From contig CAWHWX010000001.1 of NCBI GenBank assembly GCA_963833125.1, positions 192,001 to 256,000 of the forward strand: 64,000 nucleotides of DNA, written 5' to 3'. Position numbers and translations under genes: made by a program. The notes beneath the pieces were generated by a model. The model did no database searches and was not told the DNA's origin. It saw only the letters and a program-made list of their open reading frames with translations. Shown here piece by piece: positions 23,146-32,518 of this stretch (position 1 is its first letter; the number at the start of each line of letters is the position of its first letter). Source of the DNA: Candidatus Bathyarchaeota archaeon. Its GTDB lineage: Archaea; Thermoproteota; Bathyarchaeia; 40CM-2-53-6.

Positions 23146-23327
23146 TAGCTGCTGAGACTCGAATTAGACTTTCGCTCAAATCGGGCTAATCATGTAGGCA
23201 ATGGATCCGTTAACGATAAGTTGTCCGGTTTCACACCGAAACCTATCATCTGATACTTCCGTGCCAGCTCTTCACACAGCCTTGTGCGATGGTTCCGCTG
23301 CTTCCAACAACAAGAATTTTGCGGTTT

Positions 23328-24150
23328 TCATGTTCTACCGAAGGCTCGTCGTACTGTTTTTCCAAAGGGAACCTTTCTACCAATTTTCAAACTTAGGCTG
23401 TTGTTCAGCGTTTCGATTTGCTTCTGATAGTCTAGTTCTCTAATGCTAAGCGCTTCGATTTGCTTCTGATACTCTAGTTCTCTGCTGGTTACAACTTGGT
23501 GAAAGAGATGCACTATATGCGTTCGGTCTGCCGAGGTGGATTGCTGTTGAAATTCAGGGTACGATGAGATCGGATAGAAATATTCTGGAGAGAGCGCTTT
23601 CTCGATTAGGTTGAATCTTTGCAGATATTCTGTGAATATCGGAACGAGGCCGCCCGGTTGCCACGTCTTGGGATCAATCTGGATACAGTATTTGTATAGT
23701 TGATTAAGCATCTCAGTGTTTTTCGGGAATTTAATGACGGCGTTGCAAACCATGGTTGGTAACTGCGTCCGCGGGTTCCATGCGTTTTCCCAGGCGAATA
23801 CGTAGTCTAGTTTGAAGAATGAGGTCAGTGGTTTAATTAAAATGCAGTCCGTGTCGAAGTACCATCCTCCCTTTTCGTAGAGTAACCTGTAGCGAAATAG
23901 ACTGGATATAGCTGGAATTGCTATTCGGTCCAATGCTCGCCGTCCAACGGTCCGCAACTTCACGTGGCAGGAATTCGCTCGCGTCATGACAAACACATCC
24001 GGGAACGCGAACCAGATCCAAGTTCTTATCGTATGAGTAAAGATGAATTGTAACCCCCGGGAATCTTGTGAACGACCTTAAACACAGTTCAGCGATCCAA
24101 GTAAGCGGCCCCTCGTACCAGAAGAACTGAAACTCATTAGAATTCGCCAT
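23328..24150 (-). CDS. DXD sugar-binding (GT32-like) glycosyltransferase with C-terminal coiled coil, frameshifted
   Basis: QFFWYEGPLTWIAELCLRSF; SLFRYRLLYEKGGWYFDTD. Confidence 0.8.
23411..23483 (-). repeat. Tandem repeat with 42-bp period (14-aa unit) in the GT32 C-terminus
   Basis: RELEYQKQIEALSI / RELDYQKQIETL; ttcgatttgcttctgata occurs twice, 42 bp apart. Confidence 0.9.
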
Positions 24151-24279
24151 GCAGCAAAAGTGGGTCAGGTGCTGTAAATATCTATGTTCGTCGAGTTCAC
24201 CGATTCCCGATTTCGCGACACACTTCTCACGGAACGATGACGGTCTGTATCACACCAGCGTAGGGAACGACTGCCAGGA

Positions 24280-24711
24280 TTAGCCTGTGGGGGTGTATGT
24301 GGCGGTGTACGTGGTGCTTTGGGTTGGGAAGCTGGAGATGGAGCATCCGGGTCCGAGCTTCACGGTCACGGTGACGACTCCTGGGCCGAGGGTGATGGTT
24401 TGCGAGAAGGGGTATTCGTTGATGCCGCCTTGAAGCGTATACGTTCCGGTAGGGGCTACTATTGTGGCTACTCCATTCGGGCCAGTATATGCCCACTGGT
24501 CCGACGTGAGGCTTCGTAGTTGGACCGGAGCGTACGGAATCGGGTTACCGGCACAGTTGAGAACCGTAACCATAACCGAACCGGTACCTTGCTCTGGTGA
24601 AATTCTGACGTCGCTGATGACCACACCAATAGCTCCGGGAACGGTGGATATCGCAAGAAAAGTAGTTACAACAAGCAACAGGCCGACTAATCCAAATTTC
24701 CGCAAACCCAT
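24280..24711 (-). CDS. Secreted carboxypeptidase-regulatory-like beta-sandwich protein
   Basis: Signal peptide; GNPIPYAPVQL...YTGPNGVATI...GTYTL; Thr-rich tail. Confidence 0.7.
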   Translation of the reverse strand: MGLRKFGLVGLLLVVTTFLAISTVPGAIGVVISDVRISPEQGTGSVMVTVLNCAGNPIPYAPVQLRSLTSDQWAYTGPNGVATIVAPTGTYTLQGGINEYPFSQTITLGPGVVTVTVKLGPGCSISSFPTQSTTYTATYTPTG

Positions 24712-24890
24712 AACACTAAGATAATCAACTCACGGGAAGGAATATCAGAGTTACCCTCATTTATCACACGGGCCTACTTCTGCCTAGTCGGTGTTGATCT
24801 GATAGATAACAAGTAGGCGTCGCCCATCTGCAAATATGCTAGCGCCTTAGCGCAACCATTTAAGGCTCGATGTGGTGTGGTTAGGCTGCT

Positions 24891-25076
24891 ATGTCCAGGC
24901 TCATCCTTGAAAGAGAACTTCACCTGATTAGGGAAAGGCTGGAAGCGATTGAAGAAGCCCTCGGCGAGGAAATAACCGATGACGACAAGGAAGCACTCGA
25001 AGAAGCGTTAAAGGAGCACCGAGAAGGCAAGACAATCGCATTCACGCTGCCTAGGTCAAGGACTCGCAACCGTTGA
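24891..25076 (+). CDS. Putative antitoxin
   Basis: Small acidic protein (EEITDDDKEALEEALKEHREG) overlapping a relE-like gene. Confidence 0.75.
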   Translation: MSRLILERELHLIRERLEAIEEALGEEITDDDKEALEEALKEHREGKTIAFTLPRSRTRNR

Positions 25077-25320
25077 AGGTCTTCCTGTCACGCAAGGCAT
25101 CGAAAGCACTCAATGAAGCTCCTTCAGAATTGAGACGGCGGCTTGACGAGAAGATCTCTGAACTCTCTCTAACACCCTTTCCACGGGCTGTAGGAAACTC
25201 AAAGGAGTCCAAGACTCCTACAGACTAAGAGTCGGTGATATCAGGATATTGTACGCAATACTGGCGAAAGACGAAATACTGGTCTTCAAAATTGCGCGTG
25301 GCGAAGGCGCCTACACTTAG
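25073..25320 (+). CDS. relE: RelE/ParE family toxin (frameshift near 25185; absent from ORF track)
   Basis: TTG start; KVFLSRKASKALNE...TPFP-GCRKLKGVQDSYRLRVGDIRILYAI...FKIARGEGAYT*. Confidence 0.85.
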
Positions 25321-25353
25321 CTTGTTAAAACAATCTGCAACCGCGAACATTGA

Positions 25354-25379
25354 TGGTGGGGCCGGTGAGATTTGAACCC
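25354..25379 (-). other. tRNA 3'-end remnant (tRNA-Pro-like), possible att scar
   Basis: Minus strand GGGTTCAAATCTCACCGGCCCCACCA gives T-loop, acceptor 3' strand and CCA; no 5' half. Confidence 0.6.
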
Positions 25380-25501
25380 ATGAATCGTGGGGCTAGTGGC
25401 TACGGCGATGGTCCGATGCTTGCGAGTCATCGCAGTTGACGGGTCAGAAGATTCCTACTCGTCTAAGCAATTAGCCGACAAGTTAACAGAGCTTCAATAT
25501 C

Positions 25502-25635
25502 TAACACAGCTCAGCGAGCCAAGTAAGAGGACCTTCGTTACCAGAAAAACTGCAACTCGTTGGGATTCGTCATGCAAGCAAAGTGAAGCAGGTGCTGTAA
25601 ATAATTGTATTCGTCGAGTGCACCGATTTTCGCAT
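25502..25635 (-). pseudogene. Truncated duplicate of the promoter and 5' end of the GT32 gene (24080-24215)
   Basis: ATG 25573 gives MTNPNELQFFW-EGPLTWLAELC versus MANSNEFQFFWYEGPLTWIAELC. Upstream caggtgctgtaaata...ttcgtcgagt.caccgatt is shared. Confidence 0.85.
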
Positions 25636-25706
25636 TAAGGACCGGTTGGTTCCTCAACGTAGGTGCTAAAAGTAAGGACGCTAGGGGATTTCCTCTCGTC
25701 TGATTA

Positions 25707-26006
25707 GTGGAGTTACGCTTTGCAATGCGTCAAGTTGTGTGGGGGTGGCGGCGGAGTACTTGGGACGAAGCATCTAGTAGGCTTGTGTATTTCTCCGCAG
25801 ACTGTGACTACCTCAGCAACTCCGCCAAACTGCACGACTCACGCCTAGTGATCATCAGGCGAGGAGATGCCCTCGAAGATCTTCATGAAAAAGCACTCAA
25901 GGTTAAGGGAGCTCACGTCGAGTTCACCAAAAACAAGCTCTCCCTTTCAATCGGATCCATTCGCGGTGAGGATGAGCAGAGAATAGAAAGGTTGGATGCG
26001 GGTTAG
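25707..26006 (+). CDS. Hypothetical protein, possibly the N-terminal part of the Sir2 protein
   Basis: Ends 5 bp before the Sir2 ORF; one indel would fuse them. Confidence 0.5.
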   Translation: MELRFAMRQVVWGWRRSTWDEASSRLVYFSADCDYLSNSAKLHDSRLVIIRRGDALEDLHEKALKVKGAHVEFTKNKLSLSIGSIRGEDEQRIERLDAG

Positions 26007-26011
26007 AAGAC

Positions 26012-26749
26012 ATGAGGTACGGGATCTCAGCCATTTTCATCAGACACACGACTGGCAGCGCCGCCTCGAAGCAGATAGGCAGAAAGCGGCCGCATCTCGT
26101 TGTTTATGTTGGAAGTGGGCTTAGCTACGAGGCGGGAATCCCAACCCTTCCATCCATGCACAAACTCTTTGGAGTCGATGGCGGGCCGGGAACCGAATTC
26201 TGTCTCGGACCCGCTGACCCCTTGATCGAACTCTTGAACGCAAAGACGTTTCCCTGGTTTGTGGGTAGGGTGCAACGGTTCCATTCCGCGTGCGCACGTG
26301 CCCAACCCTCTTCATCGCATCGACACTTACAACGAGCATATCGACAGGGACGAGTATCCTTGGTTCTCACGGACAATGTTGACGACATCCTTGAAAGGCG
26401 CTTCTCAATGCCAACGCTTCCCACGAGAGGAGATGGGCTCACATCCCAACGATACGCTGGACTAGATGAGGTTGTCAAGGTTGCTGAATCTGGTCCTCAC
26501 GCTATGCTGGTCATCGGCGTCTCCGCAGATCGACGAGGCGTCATCGAGTCCCTAGCTAAGCTAATGCCGACAATTGTCATCAACCCCGCACTCCCCGTAT
26601 CCCCCTCCTCCAAGAACCTAGACTATCTAGAACCCCTCGGGTTCGATGAAACGGGCGAATCCAAGTACGGACATGTTTTCATAAAGCAACCAGCTCGAAA
26701 ATGCATAGGCAAAGTGCTCTCACTCTTGAACAAGGCAGGCGCGGGTTAG
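26012..26749 (+). CDS. Atypical SIR2-like NAD-binding protein
   Basis: VYVGSGLSYEAGIP, PSSSH, LTDNVDDILE, LVIGVS, VINP sirtuin motifs. Confidence 0.75.
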   Translation: MRYGISAIFIRHTTGSAASKQIGRKRPHLVVYVGSGLSYEAGIPTLPSMHKLFGVDGGPGTEFCLGPADPLIELLNAKTFPWFVGRVQRFHSACARAQPSSSHRHLQRAYRQGRVSLVLTDNVDDILERRFSMPTLPTRGDGLTSQRYAGLDEVVKVAESGPHAMLVIGVSADRRGVIESLAKLMPTIVINPALPVSPSSKNLDYLEPLGFDETGESKYGHVFIKQPARKCIGKVLSLLNKAGAG

Positions 26750-28081
26750 TTGAAGACAATCTCAATCTTCGGCCTTGGGCACGTAGGGTTAGTGAACGCG
26801 GTCTGCTTTACTCGAAGGGGCTACAAGGTAATCGGCATCGATGTCGACCAGCAGAGATTGAAACAGGTACAGAACGCCGAACCCCCCTTCATGGAAGCAT
26901 CCCTGCCCGAGTATCTGAGAGATTCGATAAACAGGAAACTGTTGCAAGCAACGGATGACACGTCGTTAAACGCTAAAGCCGACTACTGCTTCATAGCCGT
27001 GGAGACTCCGGGTAAGCCGGATGGAAGCGTCGACCTAAGTCACATCGAAGAGGCTTCAGTGGCGATAGGGCGGTCTCTTCGAAACAGGGATAAAAGCCAG
27101 CTAATTGCGATAATGAGCACCGTCCCTCCTGGAACCGCCCGAAACCTCGTCACCCCAATCCTTGAGAAAGAATCGGGGAAGAGGAGGGGCGAGGGGTTCT
27201 ATCTTTGCTCGAATCCGGAGCTGTTTCGTCAGGGTGAAGCGATTCACGACACAGAACAACCCGACCGCATCATAATCGGCGGCGACGAACAAGACATTAC
27301 AAAACTCGAAAGATTCTACAGAGAATTCTACGGTGATAGAGAGTACAGGGTACTACGCACCACGCATGAGAACGCTGAGTTAATCAAATACGCGAACAGC
27401 GCATTCATTGCAGCAAAGATCAGCCTCATCAACTCCATCGCCGACATCGCCGAACGAATCCCCTACGCCGACGTGAAAGTTGTCGCAAAAGGCATCGGCC
27501 TCGACCCGCGGATCGGGCTGGGAGCGTTACAGGCTGGGGTTGGGTGGGGAGGGCCCTGTCTTCCAAAGGATACCCTCGCCCTCACAAAGTTCAGCGAATC
27601 CCTAAACCTCGGCACTGAACTCCTCCAAGCAATTAGGGCAGTCAATGTCGCGCATGGTTACAAGGCTGTAAAACTTGCAAAAGACCTGTTAGGTTCGCTG
27701 AAGGGAAAGAGGATTGCAGTCTTGGGGTTGGCGTTCAAGGCTGACACAGATAACATGAAAGACGCCCCATCAATCGCAATCATCAAAAACCTCCTAACCG
27801 AAGGCGCACATGTAGTGGCGTACGATCCAAAATCCACCTCAACCGCAAAGAGTATGCTCGGAGACGAAGTTCAATACGCGATCGACGCACTCTCATGCAT
27901 CGATCAAGCCGACTGCTGCATCATCGTCACGGAATGGAATGAATTCAAACAAATTCGTCCAGAAACGTTTCTCAAGAGAATGAAGCAACCCATTGTAATC
28001 GATGGCAGACGGATCTACGATATCGATGTGTTCGCTAAAGCTGGTGTCCGTCTGGTGGCTGTCGGAGCATGGAACAGCTGA
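26750..28081 (+). CDS. ugd: UDP-glucose/GDP-mannose 6-dehydrogenase
   Basis: GLGHVGL, SNPELFRQG, AELIKYA, GWGGPCLPKD, GLAFK, DGRRIY. Confidence 0.93.
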   Translation: MKTISIFGLGHVGLVNAVCFTRRGYKVIGIDVDQQRLKQVQNAEPPFMEASLPEYLRDSINRKLLQATDDTSLNAKADYCFIAVETPGKPDGSVDLSHIEEASVAIGRSLRNRDKSQLIAIMSTVPPGTARNLVTPILEKESGKRRGEGFYLCSNPELFRQGEAIHDTEQPDRIIIGGDEQDITKLERFYREFYGDREYRVLRTTHENAELIKYANSAFIAAKISLINSIADIAERIPYADVKVVAKGIGLDPRIGLGALQAGVGWGGPCLPKDTLALTKFSESLNLGTELLQAIRAVNVAHGYKAVKLAKDLLGSLKGKRIAVLGLAFKADTDNMKDAPSIAIIKNLLTEGAHVVAYDPKSTSTAKSMLGDEVQYAIDALSCIDQADCCIIVTEWNEFKQIRPETFLKRMKQPIVIDGRRIYDIDVFAKAGVRLVAVGAWNS

Positions 28082-28280
28082 CCGCGTCCCGCACTCACAT
28101 TACTAATCTTTTTTGCAGCGGGAGGGAAGGTTCCGGTCAAATTGTTTTGGTTTAGAGGAGAGTTGAAACAGGATTGTGCTCGGTGCCGAGTTTATCTAAT
28201 CTTGAATTCTGAGTCGGATTTGAGATTGTTTGACCTTAGCTGGTTGTGCTGGTTATTTTTGCGGTCAGATAGAAATACCC

Positions 28281-28478
28281 TCAACGCTTACGATCCCTAA
28301 GCCTTCCTTGACCTGCTGGGTTTGAATGGAAGGCGCTCTTGCCTTCTCTGTGTTCCTTCAGTGCTTCCCTTAACGCTTGCGTGTCCTCCGCCGTCATCTC
28401 TTCGGCCAGCACATCCTCTATGGCCTCAAGCCGTCGTCTGATCAAGTGGAGTTCCTTTTCAAGAATCAGTCTCGACAT
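28281..28478 (-). CDS. Orphan paralog of the 24891 antitoxin; toxin reduced to a few codons
   Basis: MSRLILEKELHLIRRRLEAIE versus MSRLILERELHLIRERLEAIE. Followed by ttgagggtatttctatct, like the relE start, then lost. Confidence 0.8.
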   Translation of the reverse strand: MSRLILEKELHLIRRRLEAIEDVLAEEMTAEDTQALREALKEHREGKSAFHSNPAGQGRLRDRKR

Positions 28479-28792
28479 AGCAAGATGGTAATGAGGATCG
28501 GTTCCTTAAGCGATTATGCTCCCCGCACACGGAACCGTGAACTCTGGTTACATGGGTCCCGCCGGTTTCGAGTGTTGAGTTGGGTGGAGTCTACGGCATG
28601 CTTTCTTATCCACCCATGAGGGACCCACACGAAACCCACAGTGGGCCACACCCTTGTTTTCAAGACGTTTCCCGTGGTGGATGTTCAGCACTAAATGTCA
28701 CTCGTAGTCCTGGCGCTAGAAGCTGACTTTGTACTGATTCCAGAAATGCCTAATAGTACATACCATGGTAATGACCAGAGTACTGACTAAAG

Positions 28793-29020
28793 ATGCGTAC
28801 TGTCACAATAAAATTGGACGATATACTGAAGAAAAAGATGAGTGCCGTAACCATCAATTGGTCCGAATACATTATACTTGCCATTTGCGGACAGGGTGGA
28901 GAGGGAAGAAAAGAAAGAAGCAGCGGCCAAACTATTAGATGGCCTTCAACGAGGATCCCTCCGCGGTCCCCGAAAGGGTTCGTGAACGAGACTATCCGGA
29001 AGACCAGGGAAGAGCGTTGA
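28793..29020 (+). CDS. VapB-type (RHH/CopG) antitoxin, frameshifted
   Basis: MRTVTIKLDDILKKKM...INWSEYI; palindrome taccatggta at 28761-28770 upstream. Confidence 0.75.
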   Translation: MRTVTIKLDDILKKKMSAVTINWSEYIILAICGQGGEGRKERSSGQTIRWPSTRIPPRSPKGFVNETIRKTREER

Positions 29021-29446
29021 AGGTATACGTGATTGATGCCTCCGTAGCCTCAAGGCTTCCTACTAGTGGAAGACCTCTCCTACCGGGCCAAACTTCTTCT
29101 GAAAGGCTTTCTCGACGAATCCGTAGACATGAAAGCTCCCGACCTAATCAAATCCGAAGTAGGCAATACGCTCTGGAAGGCGGTAAAGCAGAAACTGATA
29201 CGGTTGGACGATGCTTCAGAGAAATTATCCTACTTCCATAGACTGAAGATCGGACGAATTGAACTAACAGAACGAGACTACTTAGACGCATAATAGCTCG
29301 GGGCGTCAAGAATAACGCAACATATTACGATAGCCTCTACGTCAAGTCCTCCGAGAAAACCGCTCCGGACTCTGCTAACAGCCGACAACTCGCTCTCACA
29401 ACAAGGCATCAGAAATGTAAACGTCCTCCACCTGAGAGACCTCTAA
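29017..29446 (+). CDS. vapC: VapC PIN-domain toxin, frameshifted
   Basis: KVYVIDASVA, APDLIKSEVGNTLWK, TYYDSLYV, LLTAD. Confidence 0.82.
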
Positions 29447-29479
29447 ACCCTCATCACCAACTCATGTTTTCGTGACCCA

Positions 29480-29894
29480 TCATGTCAGACGTCGTATGAA
29501 TCTTGAGGGAGTCAATATTTCCGCCCGCTTAGACCTGCTGATTGCTAGTAAGTCCTTGTCTCCGGTGATTATGTGCGTCGCCTTAGCCTCTGCGGCGCAT
29601 GAAAGCAGTTTCAGGTCGTCAGGGTCGCAGATAGGGCTCTTACCGGCGCAAGGGGATCGTGAGCTTCGCAATTGCCAGGAGGAAGCTAAATGCCGTTGAT
29701 ACTTCTTCTTCGGTGAGTCGAAACTTCGGCCTTGACAAAACGTCCAGAAACTCTGCAAGAATCTCGGGTGAAATGAAGACATCGATATCGTCATTTGCGG
29801 CTAATCGAAGGAGCTTGGCCTCATTTCCGTTTTCGAAGAGTATGCCTGAAACCAACACATTGGTGTCCAGAACAACTTTCGGTCGAATGGTCAA
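29480..29894 (-). CDS. PIN family toxin, frameshifted
   Basis: VVLDTNVLVSG; CDPDDLKLLSCA...IITGDKDLL. Confidence 0.88.
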
Positions 29895-30169
29895 ATCGCA
29901 GTTTTCTTCCTCTTCCGTCGCACCTGTTCTACTTCAGACTCCACGTCTTTTCTCGTGATTCCCAATCTCTTGATTCTCTTTCTAAGGGCCTTGAGATTCC
30001 CTTCAGCTTCAGCGAGGCCAGTAAGGCTTGCGCCCTTCAGAACGATGCTATCCCCAACTTTGAAGACAAGCAACCCCGCACCCTCCCTAATTCCAAGGGA
30101 ACTACGTATTTCTCTAGGAATCACCACCTGGCCCCTGCTTGAAACTTTCGTCACGTTGACTTCCAACAT
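29891..30169 (-). CDS. AbrB/MazE/SpoVT antitoxin
   Basis: TKVSSRGQVVIPREIRSSLGIREG; overlaps the PIN gene start. Confidence 0.9.
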   Translation of the reverse strand: MLEVNVTKVSSRGQVVIPREIRSSLGIREGAGLLVFKVGDSIVLKGASLTGLAEAEGNLKALRKRIKRLGITRKDVESEVEQVRRKRKKTAI

Positions 30170-30390
30170 GAATCCACCTCAACAAAATAAGAAACATCTT
30201 ACTTTTAATCTCTCCCCACGATTTACGATGTGGGTAAATCCAAACGTCCACCTTTACTATGGCAGGCATGCGGACAAATTGAACTCGGATGGTCCTCAAC
30301 ACCGGTTCCGCAACACTTTAGCAAACGCTTGAAATGTAGACACGAGTCAAATATATGGTTGAGACCAACCTAAACTGAAGGTACTGCGCT

Positions 30391-30636
30391 TTGCAGAAGG
30401 CTAAGGTGATCCATCCTTACACACCAGACAAGATTGTCAGCGCGCATCCGCATCTCAAACTGAAGCAAGTACACGACGCCCTATCGTACTACTACGAAAA
30501 TAGGAATGAGCTCGATGGAAAGATAAGGAAAGACAAGCAATTCGTCCAAGAACTTTCAAAGAAGTTAGGAGCAGAGATTAACAGTTCTACAGTTTCTCGA
30601 AAACGCTTCATGGATCATCTCGGTAGATCCATCTAA
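30391..30636 (+). pseudogene. DUF433-like antitoxin fragment
   Basis: YTPDKIVSAHPHLKLKQVHDALSYYYEN resembles the C-terminal half of DUF433; N-terminal half is missing. Confidence 0.6.
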
Positions 30637-30792
30637 CCCGTTCGGTTGAACCGTACGGAGGACAAGCGCCGTCGGTCTCTGAATGAAATCTTAACAGAAT
30701 TAGTTCCGCGCCTCGTCGCATTGGGTTGAAGGAAGATGCGTATGGTTGCGTTCGCGTTGGAGGGTGGGGTGCGGTGGTTGCGTAGATGGGTG

Positions 30793-32122
30793 TTAGAAAG
30801 ATCGGGTGATTGGTTTGAAGTTAGGTCGGGTTTGCTGGTGGGATGCGTAGATGGCTAACGCGAGGCTCCATAGTTGGTCGTCATGTGTGCCGGTTGGGTG
30901 GCTGAACTTGAGCGTTCCGGCTTTGGTGGGTTCGCATTGTTGTGCGGTCATTTGGGTTAGGAGTTGTTGATTGTCTCTTGGGAGTGTGAGTTTGCCTTGT
31001 TCTAATGCGAGTTTGAGTTTGCCCATGATGTCTTCTTTCGCTTGTGCGGTTAGGGTGATTCCTTCTATTCCTCGCATGAATTGTTTGGTCTCTTCGTAGG
31101 GGCCTTCACCCACTCCGGTCTTGTCGAGGCATCCTCCGGCAAAGGCGTAGGCCTGGTTCAATCTCCTCACTGTGCCTATTACCGAGGTGTATGGGGTTTC
31201 TAGCGGCAGTTCGTTAAGGTAGATGAGGTGAAGTTGGTCGTGGTCTTTCTCTAGGATGGCTATTGCAGAGTGGTCTGCGTGTTTTCCGAAGTCTATTCCG
31301 ATGATGTATTCGCCTCGGTGCTTTTCCGTTGGTTTAGGTTCTTGGTTTAGCTCGTAGTCATCTGTGCAGGTGAGGATTAGGTTGCTTGGTAGGTAGCTGA
31401 ATTCGTCGTCGATGAAAGCGGCGTTGTATTCACGATTATAATCGTATTCTCCTATTGTGTTTCTTTCCCGTTCAAGTTTCTTGGGGGTGATTAGTGGGTT
31501 GAGGGATGAGGGCCAGGTGTAGGTTTTGAAGCCTAGCTCGGGTTTGCTGAGGGCTTCGTGGAATGGGTGGTCACGCACCCAGGGCGTCGAGATCATAATC
31601 AACCTTGAGTTGTCGCGGGTTATCATGGTGGGTCTGATTACTGAGTCGATGACTAGTCTCGGAATGAAGTTCGCTTCATCCAGGATGACCATGTCTGCTG
31701 TGTATCCTCGGAGAGTTGCTCCGTCTCTTCCGCATGGTAGGGCAACAATCTCGGAGAGGTTTGCGAAGCGGATCTTGGTTCTAGACTGGTAGGTCATTAG
31801 TTTCTTTGCTGGGATGGAGTTTTCGGCTAGGTGGAGGATTTTGTCGAAGAGTATCATGCTCTGTCTTAGGCCGGCGCTGACGATCAAAGTGCGAGTTGCT
31901 TCGTTGGCGAGGGTGTAGTGGAGGGCTTTGATGGCGGTTAGGGTTGTTTTTCCAACTTGTCGGCCGCAGCAGGCGGCGATGAGTGGGGATTGGTCGCGTA
32001 GGAATTCTTCTTGGTATGGGAAGGGTTTGAAGTTTAGGAAGTTTCGTGCGAAGGTTATCGGGTCTCTGATGGAGTCGGCTACGTATTGGGCATATTTCTT
32101 GAAGAGTTCATTTCGGTCTATT
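30793..32122 (-). CDS. terL: Terminase large subunit (ATPase + RNase H-like nuclease)
   Basis: Frame open upstream of 31887 to about 32134: PFPYQEEF, GRQVGKTT (Walker A), LRGYTADMVILDEA (Walker B), ISTP, IGIDFG, DDQLWSLALA. No ATG/GTG/TTG precedes Walker A. Confidence 0.9.
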
Positions 32123-32518
32123 TTTGAGCGCCTCTAAGATAAGCCTCGCCAACTCCTCTTCTCCCTCCTTGCCTGCTTGGGTTGTGATTCGGTCTTTGCG
32201 TGTGACGGCGAGTCCTTTGAGGGCGGTTTCGATGATTTTTCTAAGCTTGGCTTGTGAGTCTGTGACGCGGCTGTAGGTTTCGTCGTTCGCTTTTTCAGAG
32301 TCGAGGAGTTTTTCCACGTTTCTCATGTATATTGTGGCTCTGGCGATGGCGTCGATTTCTAGGTCGTCTACTTCTGGGTCGTAGCTTCCCAGTTTCTTCA
32401 ACTCCCTGATTAGGGCGGCCTTGACGGTTTCGTACTCTTTCGCGTCCTTCTCGGTGAGGAGGGGCACTTTGTGGACTGGGGGTTTGCCGTTTCGTTGGGC
32501 AGGGGTGGTGCTCTTCAT
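32108..32518 (-). CDS. Probable terminase small subunit (P27-family-like)
   Basis: Helical protein directly upstream of terL: ELKKLGSYDPEVDDLEIDAIA...LKGLAVTRKDR. Confidence 0.6.
   Translation of the reverse strand: MKSTTPAQRNGKPPVHKVPLLTEKDAKEYETVKAALIRELKKLGSYDPEVDDLEIDAIARATIYMRNVEKLLDSEKANDETYSRVTDSQAKLRKIIETALKGLAVTRKDRITTQAGKEGEEELARLILEALKNRPK

Noticed and set aside
25354-25450. Complete tRNA gene
   Set aside because: Only the T-loop and 3' acceptor strand are present; no matching 5' strand, D arm or anticodon arm.
24891-28478. Inverted antitoxin copies as ends of a composite transposon or invertible segment
   Set aside because: The copies differ at many synonymous sites; no transposase, recombinase or target duplication is visible.
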